This document shows positions 11,701 through 25,800 of a DNA stretch of 64,000 bases, piece after piece (positions within the stretch are counted from its first letter, which is position 1; each line of letters begins with the position of its first letter). Made by a program: the position numbers and the translations under genes. This stretch comes from Anaeramoeba ignava BMAN (lineage: Eukaryota > Protista > Anaeramoebae): NCBI GenBank assembly GCA_028826165.1, contig JAPDFW010000056.1, positions 186,001 through 250,000 on the forward strand. Reading direction: 5' to 3'. The notes below the pieces were generated by a model. The model ran no database searches. It was not told where the DNA came from and saw nothing but the letters and a program-made list of their open reading frames with translations.

Positions 11701-14604
11701 CAAATTAAAATTTATTTATAAAATTAGGCTGCACATGCTTCTCATTCAATAGATCTCGCTTGTCTTCTTGATTCTACTATTCAAACACTGGAAAAAATGC
11801 CATTATCTGTTAAGAAAGCAGAATATAGACCATTAATTTGGAAAATCAAAAAAGTAATTTTGAATTTAAATAATTTTTCTTTTAAATTTTTTTAAAATGT
11901 TTTAAATTTTTTTTTAAATCCAAAAAGGAACATGAAACCAGGCAAAATTATTTAAAAGACTTAATTGAGAAAAAATACAATTTCCAACATACAATGAATC
12001 AATTACAAGTTGAAATTGATCAAATTCAATCTCAAATCATGACATTTGATCAGTATATGAATTGTTTAGCAACAAATTTATTAATTGAAAAAAATCAAGA
12101 TAAAATTAATAAAGTGATTCAAGATTTGAAATCAGCATTTGATATAAATGATCTTGAGAAAAAAATTTCAGAATTTTATACTTCTTTACAACAAATTATT
12201 TCATCAGATTCACTTTGTTCTTATTTAAGATCTATGAATCCTTTATTAAAAATAGCAGAAAATTATGCATATATTGATATTTATTCAGTGTAAAGAATAT
12301 AAAATTAAATATAAAAATTATTTATAAAATTATTAATAAAATTATTTATAAAATTAAATATAAAATTATTAATAAAATTAAATATAAAATTATTTAAATA
12401 TAAAATTATTTATAAAATTAATAAAATTAATTATAAAATTAATTATAAAATTAATTATAAAATTATTAATAAAATTAAATATAAAATTATTTATAAAATT
12501 ATTTATAAAATTATTTATAAAATTATTTATAAAATTATTTTATAAAATTATTTATAAAATTATTTATAAAATTATTAATAAAATTATATATAAAATTAAA
12601 TATAAAATTAAATATAAAATTAAATATAAAATTAAATATAAAACTATAAAATTAAATATAAAATTAAATGTAAAAATTAAATATTAAATTAAATATAAAA
12701 TTATTTATAAAATTATAAAAATTATTTATAAAATTAAATATAAAATTATTTATAAAATTAAATATAAAAATTAAATATAAAATTATTTATAAAATTATTT
12801 TATAAAATTATTTATAAAATTATTAATAAAATTAATAATAAAATTAATTATAAAATTAAATATAAAATTAAATATAAAATTAAATATAAAATTAAATATG
12901 AAATTAAATATAAAAATTAAATATGAAATTAAATATAAAATTAATAATAAAATTAATAATAAAATTATATATAAAATTAATAATAAAATTAATAATAAAA
13001 TTAATAATAAAATTATATATAAAATTATTTATAAAATTAAATATAAAATTAAATATAAAATTAAATATAAAATTAAATATAAAATTATTTATAAAATTAA
13101 ATATAAAATTATTTATAAAATTATTTATAAAATTATTTATAAAATTATTTATAAAATTATTTATAAAATTATTTATTAAATTATATATAAAATTATTTTA
13201 TAAAATTAAATTATATATAAAATTAATTATAAAATTATTAATAAAATTATTAATAAAATTATTTATTAAATTATTTATAAAATTAAATATAAAATTATTT
13301 ATAAAATTATTTATAAAATTAAATATAAAATTATTATTAAATTATATAAATTAATTTATAAAAATTATTTATAAAAATTATTAATAAAATTAAATATAAA
13401 ATTATTAATAAAATTATTTATAAAAATTATTAATAAAATTAATAATAAAATTAATAATAAAATTAAATATAAAATTAAATATAAAATTATTAATAAAATT
13501 AATTATAAAATTAAATATAAAATTAAATATAAAATTAAATATAAAATTAAATATAAAATTAAATATAAAATTAAATATAAAATTATTTATAAAATTAAAT
13601 ATAAAATTAAATATAAAATTATTTATAAAATTAAATATAAAATTATTTATAAAATTAAATATAAAATTAAATATAAAATTATTTATAAAATTATATATAA
13701 AATTAAATATAAAATTATTTATAAAATTATTTATTAATTTATTTATGAAATTAAATATATATTTATTTATTAAATTATTTATTAAATTATTTATAAAATT
13801 ATTAATATAATTATTTATAAAATTAATTATAAAATTAAATATAAAATTATTAATAAAATTATTTATAAAATTAATAATAAAATTAATAATAAAATTAATA
13901 ATAAAATTATTAATAAAATTAATTATAAAATTATTAATAAAATTAATTATAAAATTAAATATAAAATTATAAAATTATAGAATGTTTCAACCTCGTTTTA
14001 TGAGACAAGAAATGGAAAAAGAAGATACAACCTTTTCCATTAAAAACGTAACAATAAAACACAAAATGACTCCTGATTTTTTAGGAGTTCCTGAAGATTT
14101 TTGGGATCAATCAATGTGGTTTCTAGCAATTAAAGGTAAAATTTTTGATTTATTTGATTATTTAATTAATTAATTATTTATAATTCATTTTTTATTAAAA
14201 AGAATTGAGTTCTGTAAATACAGTTAAATCACCACTTTTAAAAATTGAATGTCTTGCACATTGTGCTCAAGTAGTGAATAATATTCTTTTATTTAATGGA
14301 ATTAGTGAAATTGGAGCTGATTTAATGTTACCAATTATAGTAAAAAAAATTAATTATAAATTTTAAATTGATTAATTTTTTTAAATTAATTTTCTTTTTT
14401 AATATAAAGATTTATGTGATTGCAATTTCAAATCCACCAAATCTTCCTTCAAATATCAAATTTATTGATATGTTTTGTGATAGAGATGTTATTGATCCAG
14501 AATATGAATATTGGTTTACTGTTTTTAAATCTGCTTATCTTTATCTTTCTGAACTTGATTTACAAACACTTCCAAAGAAAAAAGTTTTATATAAAGATAT
14601 TTAA
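5749..14604 (+). CDS. GAPVD1: RasGAP plus VPS9 domain protein (GAPVD1/GAPex-5/RME-6-like), multi-exon
   Basis: Exon 1 (5749-5842) splices in frame to 9257 (LKREKYCLEA-EQNALE). RasGAP motifs IPYGIRWICK, GDFFFLKYVNPVILSP and RFNLTQIAKIL. VPS9 motifs PLLKIECL, GADLMLPI, YVIAISNPPNLPSNIKFI and EYEYWFT. GT-AG introns. Confidence 0.85.
5843..9256 (+). repeat. 3.4-kb intron 1 of the GAPVD1-like gene, almost entirely the 12-mer (AAATAATTTTAT)n
   Basis: GT at 5843 and AAG at 9254-9256. Degenerate 12-mer array, almost G-free. Confidence 0.9.
12290..13980 (+). repeat. 1.7-kb intron of the GAPVD1-like gene made of (ATAAAATTATTT)n, the reverse complement of the intron-1 unit
   Basis: GTAAAG at 12290 and TAG at 13978-13980. 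Splicing gives IYS-V-MFQP in frame. Confidence 0.9.
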
Positions 14605-14765
14605 AAGAAAAATTAGAAAAACAAAAAGCCAAACAAATATTTTTAATTTCATTTCCTTTTTAATTTTCTTTTCTTTTCCAAATTTTTTTCAATTTGTTTC
14701 TCTTTTTCTTTTTTAAAAAAAAAACAACAACAAAAAATAAATTTGATTAAAAAAAATTATCAATT

Positions 14766-17311
14766 TTAATTATTTTCATTTTCATTTTCATTTTCATTTT
14801 CATTTTCATTTTCATTTTCATTTTCATTTTCATTTTCATTTTCATTTTCATTTTCATTTTCATTTTCATTTTCTTCATCAGAAGAATCTTGAGCAAATGC
14901 TTCAAGAATATCTGCAAGTTTTTCTTGATTTTGAATATTTTCGTTTTCGTTTTCATTTTCATTTTGATTTTGATTTTGATTTTGTTTATATGAAAAAGAA
15001 GAGAGAATTGAAGTGAAAGAATTTTTTTGATTTTGATTTTGATTTTGATTTTGATTTTGATTTTGATTTTGATTTAATTGACTTTGATTTTGATTTAATT
15101 GATTTTGATTTAATTCATTTTGATTTTGATTTGATTTTGATTTTGATTTTGATTTTGATTTAATTGATTTAATTGATTTAATTGATTTAATTGATTTAAT
15201 TGATTTAATTGATTTAATTGATTTTGATTTTGATTTAATTGATTTTGATTTTGATTTAATTGATTTTGATTTAATTGACTTTGATTTTGATTTAATTGAT
15301 TTAATTGATTTAATTGATTTTGATTTTGATTTTGATTTTGATTTTGATTTTGATTTAATTGATTTTGATTTAATTGATTTTGATTTAATTGACTTTGATT
15401 TTGATTTTGATTTTGATTTAATTGATTTAATTGATTTAATTGATTTTGATTTAATTGATTTGGATTTAATTGGTTTTGATTTTGAAGGAATTTTTGTTGA
15501 GAAAAATTTAAAGGATTAATTTGAGAGTTTAAATTAGATTGAGTTAATTTTTGGAACGGAATATTTTGATTTGTAGATTGAAGATTTAAATTATTATTAT
15601 TATTATTATTGTTATTATTATTATTGTCATTATTATTGTTATTATTGTTGTTATTGTTATTGTTATTATTGTTGTTATTGTTATTGTTATTGATTTTATT
15701 TGGATCTTCTGGATCTGGTGTAAAAATTTCTTGTATATTCCATTCATTAAGTGAAACTAAATCATGTGATTGAGGAATTAAATGTTTTATATTATTTGCA
15801 ACAATAATTAAATGTTTCTTATAGAAAGAAGGATAAAAAACAGAAACCTAAAACAAAAAAAAATAATTTATAATTTAATTCAATTGAATTGAATTGATTT
15901 AAATTAAAAGTACATTATGTAAAATCAAAATAGTTCCTACAGATAAATCTGTTGTGAAATCTTCAACAATTTTTTTGTGAATTGTTCCTTGAATTTCTCC
16001 TGTTGGATCAACAAGTGTGACAAAAGCATCCATTCTTTCACTAATAACATATTCTTTAACTAAAGCACACATCCAAGAAATCTTATGAATTGATTCATTT
16101 TCAAGAATACGAGAGATTGTAGTTAAATTAAGTTGAGTTGGTTCAAGAAAAAGATTTTGGAATTTGGACCAAATAAGGGAATTAAACATTGGTTCATTTT
16201 TTGGATAAGCTTGTTTTAGATTTGCTTTGAAATCAATTTCATTTTCAATTTGTGTTTTTAAACTATCATCAATTTGTTCTCCTTTTTTCAATCTAGGTAG
16301 TGTTGCAAGTGGTCCTGGAATAATTCTTTCTTGACTTATACTTTTTCTTTTATTTGAATTTGGATTTTTTCTTGGTGATTCGATTGATTGACCAAGTTTT
16401 GATTTAAATTGTGTATTTTGTGTATTTTCTGAAATTGTTGAATTTAATAATTGGAGAATATCATCATTTTGTTTTTGTAAGTTATTTTTGTATTGTGAAT
16501 TTGAATTTTGTAAAAGATTTTGTGATGGTCTTATTTGATTTTCTTGGATATTTTTGGGTTTTTTAAAATTTGGAATTGAATTTAGATTTTGATTTTGATT
16601 TTGATTTTGATTTTGATTTTGATTTTGATTTTGATTTTGATTTTGATTTTGATTTTGATTTAAATTTTGATTTTGATTTAAATTTTGATTTTGATTTTGA
16701 TTTTGTGAATTTTTGAAGTTTAGATTTTGATTTTGTGAATTTAATAAATTTTGTGAATTTTTGAAGTTTAAATTTTGGTTTTGATTTTGTGAATTTAATA
16801 AATTTTGTGAGTTTTTGAAGTTTAAATTTTGTGAATTTTTGAAGTTTAGATTTTGATTTTGATTTTGATTCTGTGAATTTAATAAATTTTGTGAGTTTTT
16901 GAAGTTTAAATTTTGTGAATTTTTGAAGTTTAAATTTTGATTTTGATTTTGATTTTGATTTTGATTTTGTGAATTTAATAAATTTTGTGAGTTTTTGAAG
17001 TTTAAATTTTGATTTTGATTTAAATTTAAATTTAAATTTTGATTTTGATTTTGATTTTGTGAATTTAATAAATTTTGTGAATTTTTGAAGTTTAAATTTT
17101 GATTTTGATTTAAATTTTGATTTTGATTTTGATTTTGTGAATTTAATAAATGTTGTGAATTTTTGAAGTTTAAATTTTGATTCTGATTTAAATTTTGATT
17201 TTGTGAATTTAATAAATTTTTTTTTTGAGTTGAAGTTTTTTTAGAATTAAAAAGTTCTAAAACATCTTCATCTAAATCAAAAAGATTATTTTCAGATGGT
17301 TTTATTGACAT
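14766..17311 (-). CDS. HROB: HROB/MCM8IP (C17orf53, DUF4539)-like OB-fold protein with N/Q-rich flanks; 2 exons, intron 15848-15913
   Basis: IPGP motif followed by DAFVTLVDPTGEIQGTIHKKIV...LSVGTILILHN|VSVFYPS...HLII..NNI, matching the HROB OB-fold pattern. The C-terminal exon ends in (NE)n-TAA at 14766. Confidence 0.8.
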
Positions 17312-17445
17312 TGATTATTTTAAAAAAATGGAAAAAATGAAAAATGAAAAATGAAAAATGAAAAAATTTTTTTAAATTTCTTTTAAAGTTTTTGTTTTTT
17401 TTTTTTAATTTTTTTTTCATTTTTTTCTTTTCATTTTTTTGCTTT
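17312..17445. promoter_or_regulatory. Compact bidirectional promoter between the HROB-like and RanBP9-like genes
   Basis: 134 bp separate the divergent ATGs. TCATTT motifs are oriented toward each gene (AAATGA repeats at 17335-17362; TCATTT at ~17417 and ~17431). Confidence 0.55.
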
Positions 17446-19550
17446 ATGTTGCCTCTTTCTATTTTTGATAAAGAAAAAGAAGAATTTATTGGGCCAACAA
17501 AATTAGTTCTTTCTCCAAAACAAAAATATTCAACTTTAGATGATGATTTCACTGTTCGTTATGAAAAAAATGGAACAAGTAGTTATGATGTTGGAAGTGT
17601 CCAAACAGATCGACCGTTTAGAAGTATGAAAGTAAATTGAATTTATATTTAAATTTAATTATAATTTTGATTTTGAATTTAATTATAATTATAATTATAA
17701 AATTATTGATAATTTTTATTTGTATTTTTTTTTGTTGATTTAGAGAGTTGGTTATTTTGAAGTTGAAGTTATTAATGTTGGAAGAACAGGTGCAATCGCT
17801 ATTGGTGTAAGTGAAAAAGGTTTTTTAGTTACTTCTCAACCTGGTTGGAAAGAGGATAATAGTTATGCTTGGCATTGTGATGGTAATAAATAATTCAAAT
17901 TCATTTATAAAATTAAAATAAAATTAAAATTAAAATTAAAATTAAAATTAAAATTAAAATTAAAATTAAAATTAAAATTATATAAAAATTAAAATTAAAA
18001 TTAAAATTAAAAATTATTCAAATTAAAATTAAAATTAAAATTCATTTATAAAATAAAATTATTAAAATTAAAATTAAAATTAAAATTCAAATATTAAAAA
18101 TAAAATTAAAATTAAAATTAAAATTAAAATTAAAATTAAAATTAAAATTAAAATTAAAATTAAAATTAAAATTAAAATTAAAATTAAAATTAAAATTAAA
18201 ATTAAAATTAAAATTAAAATTAATAATTTATAAAATTAAAATTAAAATTAAAATTAAAATTAAAATTAAAATATAAAATTAAAATTAAAATTAAAATTAA
18301 AATTAAAATTAAAATTAAAATTAAAATTAAAATAAAATTCATTTATAAAATTAAAATTAAAATTAATTAATATTAAAAAGATGGACATAAATTTCATCAT
18401 AATGGCCGTGGAGAACCTTATGGTACTCCATCTGGAAAAGGAGATATCATTGGCCTTTGTGTTGATTTTTATCAACAATTAATATTCTTCACAAAAAATG
18501 GAAAAAATCAAGGTATAGCTTGGAGAAATGTTCAAGGAACTTTTTATCCAACTATTGGAACACATTCTAGAGATGAAATTGCAAGAATTAACTTAAAAGG
18601 TCCTTTTAAATTTAATATAAAAGAATATATCAAAGTAAACTTAAACATTCAAAAATATTTGTTTTCTTTGAAATTTATCTTTGATTTTTTTCTTTGAATT
18701 AACTCTTCAGGATCAAAAAGAAAAAGAAACACAATTAATCGACCAAATTATCATGAATTCAGGTTTTATTCACTCTTTAATTTGCAATTATTTAATTTAT
18801 AAAGGAAACATGGAAACATTAAAAAAAATGGGATATTCTTTGCAAGAAAAAGAGGATCATCAATTTAATATTAGAGCAATTATTCTCTCAAAAATCGCTG
18901 AGGGAGAAATTTCACAAACTTTACTTTTGATTCAACAAAATTTTCCAAATTTATTATTATCACCTCAATCATTTGAAAGTGAAGTTGAAAAAGTCCAAAA
19001 TAATGAAAATCAAAATCAAAATCAAATTGAAAATAAAGAAATGGAAATTCAAAAAGAAAAAAATAGAATGGAACAAATGGAGATAGAAATTGAAAATGAA
19101 AATGAAAATCAAATTGAAAAAAGAAAAATAATTCTTTCTCATGAAATCATGCAAAAATATTCCTTTACAATAAAGATTTTATGTCAAAATATGATCGAAT
19201 TAATTAAACAAAACAAATTTCAAGAAGCTTTTACTTTCTCTCAAAACAAAATTCTTCCTTTTTATGAAATTGAAAAAAAATATACTTTATCTTTTTATAA
19301 AGATTTTATTGAACAAGTTTTTGGTTTAGTTGCTTATTCAAATCCTTTAGTTTCTCCTTCTAATTTCCTAATAAAGAAAAGAATGAGAAAAGAATTGATA
19401 GAATTAACAAATAAATTAATTTTACAACAATTTAATTTTGTTTCAGAAAATCCACTCAAAAAAGTTTTAAAACATTTAATTTGCACTTATTATCAGAATA
19501 GAAATATTAAATTAAATCGAAAAGGAGAAATTTTAAAACTTGATTTTTAA
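17446..19550 (+). CDS. SPRY + LisH/CTLH/CRA protein (RanBP9/RanBP10/Gid1-like subunit of the CTLH E3 ligase); 4 exons
   Basis: SPRY motifs GYFEVEV, AIAIG, QPGW..NSYAWHCD|DG, GDIIGLCVD, IFFTKNG and FYPTIG. The C-terminal exon has LisH (LICNYLIYKG..ET), CTLH (RAIILSKIAEGEI) and CRA (FGLVAYSNP..SP) elements. Confidence 0.85.
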
Positions 19551-19834
19551 ATAATTTTTTTTTTCAAATTAAAGAAAAAATTATTACATGTAATAATTTT
19601 CTTTAAACAAAAATAAATTTAAAATTCAAATTAAAAAATAAATTTTATTTTATTTTGAATTCAAATTAAAAAAATAAATTAAATAAGGAAAACAGAGTTG
19701 GATCGTAAACTTGTCTTCTTTTATTAATTTTTTAATTAAAAAAAAGTGTCCACTTTTTTTCTTTTTAATTTCAAATAAAAATAAAAACAAAAAAAAAAAA
19801 TTTATTTTCATTTTTTTTTTTACTAAAAATTTAA

Positions 19835-22800
19835 ATGGGAAACAAAGAAACAAATCAACAAGAAGAAAAAGAACAAGAAAAGAAACAAATTCAACAAACA
19901 AATCAAACAAATCAAAGAAGAGAACAAACAAATCAACAAAAACAAAAACCAAAAGAAACAAATCAAACAAATCAAAAACAAAAACAAACAAATCAAACAA
20001 ATCAAAGAAGAGAACAAACAAATCAAACAAATCAAAAACAAAAACAAACAAATCAAAAACCAAAACAAACAAATCAAAAACAAAAACAAACAAATCAAAA
20101 ACCAAAACAAACAAATCAAAAACAAAAAGAAACAAATCAAAAACAAAAACAAACAAATCAAAGAAGAGAACAAACAAATCAAAAACCAAAACAAACAAAC
20201 CAAAAACCAAAACAAACAAATCAAAAACAAAAACCAAAACAAACAAATCAAAGAAGAGAACAAACAAATCAAAAAAAACATCAACATATAAAGAAAGAGA
20301 AAGAAAAAGAGAAAGAGAAAAAGAAAGTTAAAGAACAAATTGGTGATTATAATGCAATTATTTTTATTTATGCTGATTCCAAACAAGTTATTGAAGAACT
20401 CAAAAAAAAAGTCAAAAAAAAAGAAGAAAAAGAAAAAATTTCAAATCCAAATCAAATTAAATTACAATTTAAAAATCAAAAAAATGGAATAAAAAAATTA
20501 GAAAGAAATCAAAATAATATTTGGGTTTTTGAATTCCAAAAAAAATTAAAAGAAACAAATTTGAAATTTCAAGCATCTTATCCAAAAACAAATGTTTATT
20601 TTGATTTACCAAATACATTAAAAATTCAAAGTTTAAAAAAAGATAAGAATAAATACTTGTTTCATATTGGATTTGCAGAAAAAGGATTGTTAAAAAAATT
20701 GGGAAAAGGAATCACAAAATGGTTTAGATCTAACAAGGAAGATCTCCCAAAAGAAATTGGTGCTGAATTTCTTTCTGCCTTTTTTAAATATATTCAAAAA
20801 TCTTCTGTTGATATTATTTTTCAATTTCAACAAACAATGATTGCAGTTGAACAAATGTCAAATCAAAATTTTAAACAAAAAGATTTTATTCCTGAATTTT
20901 TTAATCAACAAAAATTTTTAGAAAGTCAAAATTCTCATAAATTATCTTTATTATCAAGGATTTTTATCATTTTATTCATTGATCCATCTTCAAAACAATT
21001 ATTCAATATTTTTTTACCTGGAAATGAAAATGAAAATGAAATTTCTAATTTTATTGAATTAATTGGAGAAATGCAAGATAGGAAAATAACTGATAAAACA
21101 AAATTTATTGAAAATTTAATTGAAATATTGGAAAAAAACCGAAAAAAAATAAAATCAGCTTTCTATTATCCACTTTATCATGCTTTGAATATCCAAAATA
21201 AACCAAATCCAAATTTTATTAAGAAAAATGAATTTCCACAAAAATTTATTGAAATGATTAATATTTTCCAAAGCTCAAAATTTTTCCAATCAAAATTAAA
21301 TTGGGACTTTATAGATTTCTTTTTACAAAAAAATTATTTTGATTATAATTTTTTCAAAAAAATGATTCAAAAGAATAAAATTATTGAAAATATGTTGGAA
21401 AGAATTTCATTAAAACAAAGATTAAGATTAATTCAAGGTGTTAACTTTAAAACTTCTCAATTAAAAGAATTTATTAAATTTTGGGATAATTTTTTTGATC
21501 AATTTAAAAAATATTTTATTGAAGAAAATAATCAAGAAAATAATATTAAGAAATTCCTTAACAACAAATTATCTTCCTTTGAGACAAATCTAGATCCTTT
21601 TAATTTCTTGCAAAATGAATCAAAAAACAAATTCATTATTCAATTCAAATTCAAATTAGATTTATTCAAACAATTATCTGACAAATTTATTTTTTCAATG
21701 TTTAACAAAGTTGATCCACAAAAAATAACTAAAAATAAATACATTCTTTCAACTTTTCCTGTTGATCCTTATCAATGCCGTTTATTTCAAAGATATTTAT
21801 TCTCTTCAACAAAAGAAATTGAAATTGAAAATGAAAAATTTTTTACTTTAATTAAGAATGATAAATTAAATCCACAAAAACTTATTATTGTTTTTAATTG
21901 GTTTCAAAAAATTTCCAATTCACAAACTGAAAATTTAGAAAAATTTAAACAAAATAAGTTTTGGAATTTAATTACAAAATGGAAAGAACAAATTTTTATT
22001 AGAAATCAAATTTTAAATAATCCTTCTCAATGTTCTATCAAGTTATTTTCAGATTATCATAAAAACAAAGCAAAATATCCTCAATATTTCCAAATATTCA
22101 AACTTAATTCTATATTCCAAAAATCTGAAGAAAGTTATAACAATATCCTTTCCAAAAAAGGATCATTGAATTCCTTTTCTTCACTATTTTTAGATAATAC
22201 TTTCTTTGATATTTCTTCTATTGATCAAAAAATTGAACAAATTAATCAAGAATTAGAAACTGAAATAAATGAAAATGAAATTGAAAATCAATATCAAAAT
22301 GAAAAAGAAAAAGAAAAAGAAAAAGAAAAAGAAAAAGAAAAAGAAAAAGAAAAAGAAAAAGAAAAAGAAAAAGAAAAAGAAAATCAAAATGAAAATCAAA
22401 ATGAAAATGAAAATCAAAATCAAAATCAAAATGAAAATGAAAAAGAAAATCAAAATCAAAATCAAAATCAAAATCAAAATGAAATTAAACTTTCAAATGC
22501 AGAAACATTAATCTTTTCAAATTTTATTTTTGGTTCTGATATTGCTATAAGTTTTGAAATTATAAATACTTTAATCAATTTGAAACAAAGTCATATATTT
22601 TTTGATATTTGGGAAGAAGAAAAAGAAGAATATTACAACAAAATTAAAACTAAAATAAATTTTCAAGATATGCAAAATGTTATTTTCAAAAAATCCAAAG
22701 AAAAATGGGAATTAATTCAAAAAGAATTTGGAACAGAACAAATCACTTTATTAAAAATAGAACAACTTTTCCCTTTAGAATTAACACAAGAAGAAATCAA

Positions 22801-25800
22801 AGAACAAATCTCAAAATTAAATTATTTTTTTCCTGGAGCACAAACATATAAAATTGGTCCAGAATATATTTTGAATTATCATCAATCTATCAAAAACAAC
22901 AAAAATTTACGTTCTATGAAAGAATTTTGCAAAGAATTTGAATTTGAAACTCAACCTGAATTTCTTCCAAAAAAAATTGATAAAACAAAAACCTTGAAAG
23001 ATTCCAAAAAAATATTAGAAACAACACAATTAACAATGAAATATCTCACTTCCACAATTTTAGATTTTATTGGACAACTTATCCAACAAAGATCCAAAGA
23101 TAATTTTGAACAAATAACAAATGAAAAACAAGAAGAACAAAAATCAAATGATGAAAATCAAGGTGTTCAATTTTCAAGAAAAGAAAAGCCTAAAAACAAA
23201 ATTCAAATTCAATCAGAAAATGAAGAAGTAATATTCCAAACAGATGTTTTAAATTGGCTCAGAAAACAAAAAGATGATAATGAATTTGGAAATACAATGA
23301 AGAAATGTGCTCTTATTGGTGATCCTCGAGTTTTTGTTGAAATAACATTGATTACATTATTAAGAAAAAGAATGGAAAAATATTTATATCAAAAAAAATT
23401 TAAAGATATTGATCAACTCCTTCATGAAATTGAAGAATCAGAAAAAGATTTCCAAAAAAAACATAGTAATTATAGCTTTGATTTTAAACTTTTGCATTCC
23501 ATGTTTTATGAATTTTTAGAAGAATTGAAATCAATTAACTTATCTATTCAACAAAAAGCTTTTGGTAATATCCAAAAAATGTTTAGCGAAGGTTGTATTT
23601 TCGAATTTTTTTCAAAAAAAAAGGATAAAAATCAATCAGGAAATTTTATTTGTAATGTAGGAAGTGATAAACTTAATTTTGATGATTTTTATCAAATGAT
23701 TTATGTTTTGCAAGATACACAAATAGCACAAAGTCAAAAATCTCAACTTTTTGATAAAAAAGAAGATCCAATAGAAAAACAATATATTGAAGATTTTCAA
23801 AGAATATTCCCTATAATTGAAAAAATATCAAGAACTCTTGATGAATTAATTCATAAATCTCATTTCAAATATCATCATTCACAATTTAATGATAAATTAG
23901 AATTAACACCAAATTCAAATTGGGAAAATGAATTGAAATTTTTAAAAGATAAATATGAAGAAGATTTAATTGATTGGAAAAAACAAATTAATGAAAGTTT
24001 GGAGTTTAGAATAACAAGAATTTTCTCTCATGAACAACTTTTCTCAATTTTTAATCATTATTATTTTGAAAAAAATATACAAGAAACAAAATTCTTTTTC
24101 CAATTTTTTAAACAAGAAACAATTTCCTCAAAAAAATCATATAATTTCATTACAAAATTAGAAAAGAAAATGAAAAATATTAAGCGGAAAAAAGAATCTT
24201 CATTATTCAAATCTTTTTATAAAAGTTTAAATACAAAAATTAAATTTGAAGAAACCATTCCAGAAAGAATTAGAAAAATATCAAAAATTAATACACAAGA
24301 ATTTCAATTTTTAAATAAATATAATCAAATTTTACATAAAAGAAAAGGAACAATACAAGATCCACTTATATTCCTTTATAAAACAGAAAACAAAAATTCA
24401 ATTTATGATATTGCAACTTCTTTATATTTTGGATATTGTTCAAGTTTTCCTTTAAGAGAGAATGTTTTGATTTGCAATCCAGAAACAAATGAAGAAGATA
24501 TTGATAATTTCCTTTTTATTTATAAAATTTATAATACATCATCTGAAATATATGAATTACAAAATGAAAACGAAAATCAAATTGAAAATGAAAACGGAAA
24601 CGAAAATGAAAATCAAAATCAAATTGAAAATGAAAAAAGAGGAGGAAGTGGTGAAAAAAAATATCAAAAATTCCTGTTTACAGTTTTATTTGGCCAAGAT
24701 TTAAACAAAACAACTTGTGATATTCTAATTCAAAAACTTCAATTAATTAATTATAAAACAAGACATCCTTTATTAATTATTTGTTCAGGAGATTCTTATC
24801 AATATTTCAATTATCTTCAAGCATTTAACAATGGAAATATCAATGAAAATATTCAAACATTAGAGAGAACTCAATTTCAATACATTTTCTCTAAATTTAA
24901 AGATTATCAAGAAAATATTCAAACTTTTACATCTGAACTTGCAGGTTGTGGGAAAACTTATCAAATTCAAAAAAATTTTTATGAGAAAAAATCAAATCAA
25001 GATAAAAATCAAAAAAAATATCTCTATTTTAATATTTCTCTTAAAAAAGGAACAAAAAAAGAATTCCTTAAACAAATACAAAAAATTAATCAAGAAAATC
25101 TTGATGAAAAAAGTATCAAATATCTTCATATCGAACTTCCATTCTTTCCAGAACAAGAAACATTAAATCTTCTTTGGACATTACTAATGTGGAAATCAAT
25201 TGAAACCAAAAGATACATTTCTGAAGAAAAATTATTAATTTGGTCATTGGATTCAACTTTCGAAATTGCATTTGAAATACCAAGTAGCAGAACATTAAAT
25301 TCTGAAAATGGAATAAATCATTTTACTCCATTAAAATATTTACAAGAAAAAAAATGTTTTGTTGATGAAAAATGTTTTAGTTTTGATAATTTTCAAATAG
25401 ATTATTCAGGAATTCAAAAGATTATTGATAAAGATTTGAAAAAAATGGCAAGATTATTTGAAATAAAAAAGGGTTTATTCCAAGCATTTAAAGATAAGGG
25501 AGATGATGAAAGAGAAGATCTTTTGAAACAAGAACCAAATCTAATTAATTTCTTTAAGTCTTTAAAAGAAATTTTAAAAGTAACTGATAATTCTCTTACT
25601 TTTAGAATCATTTCAAATTTAGGTTCAATGTTAAAATTCAACATTACACAATTATCAAAATATGATTGCTTAAATCCAGATACAGCAAAATGGATTTTTG
25701 ATGAAAATCAATCTCAAGCAAACACATTCCTTCAGAAATTTTGGGAAATATTCACATTAACTGCATTTAATATGGTTTCACGTTCAGTAAATTGGACAAA

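Noticed and set aside
6268-13354. ORFs such as MKLFIKLFIK... and MKLNIKLIIK...
   Set aside because: They are translations of stop-free intronic 12-mer satellites.
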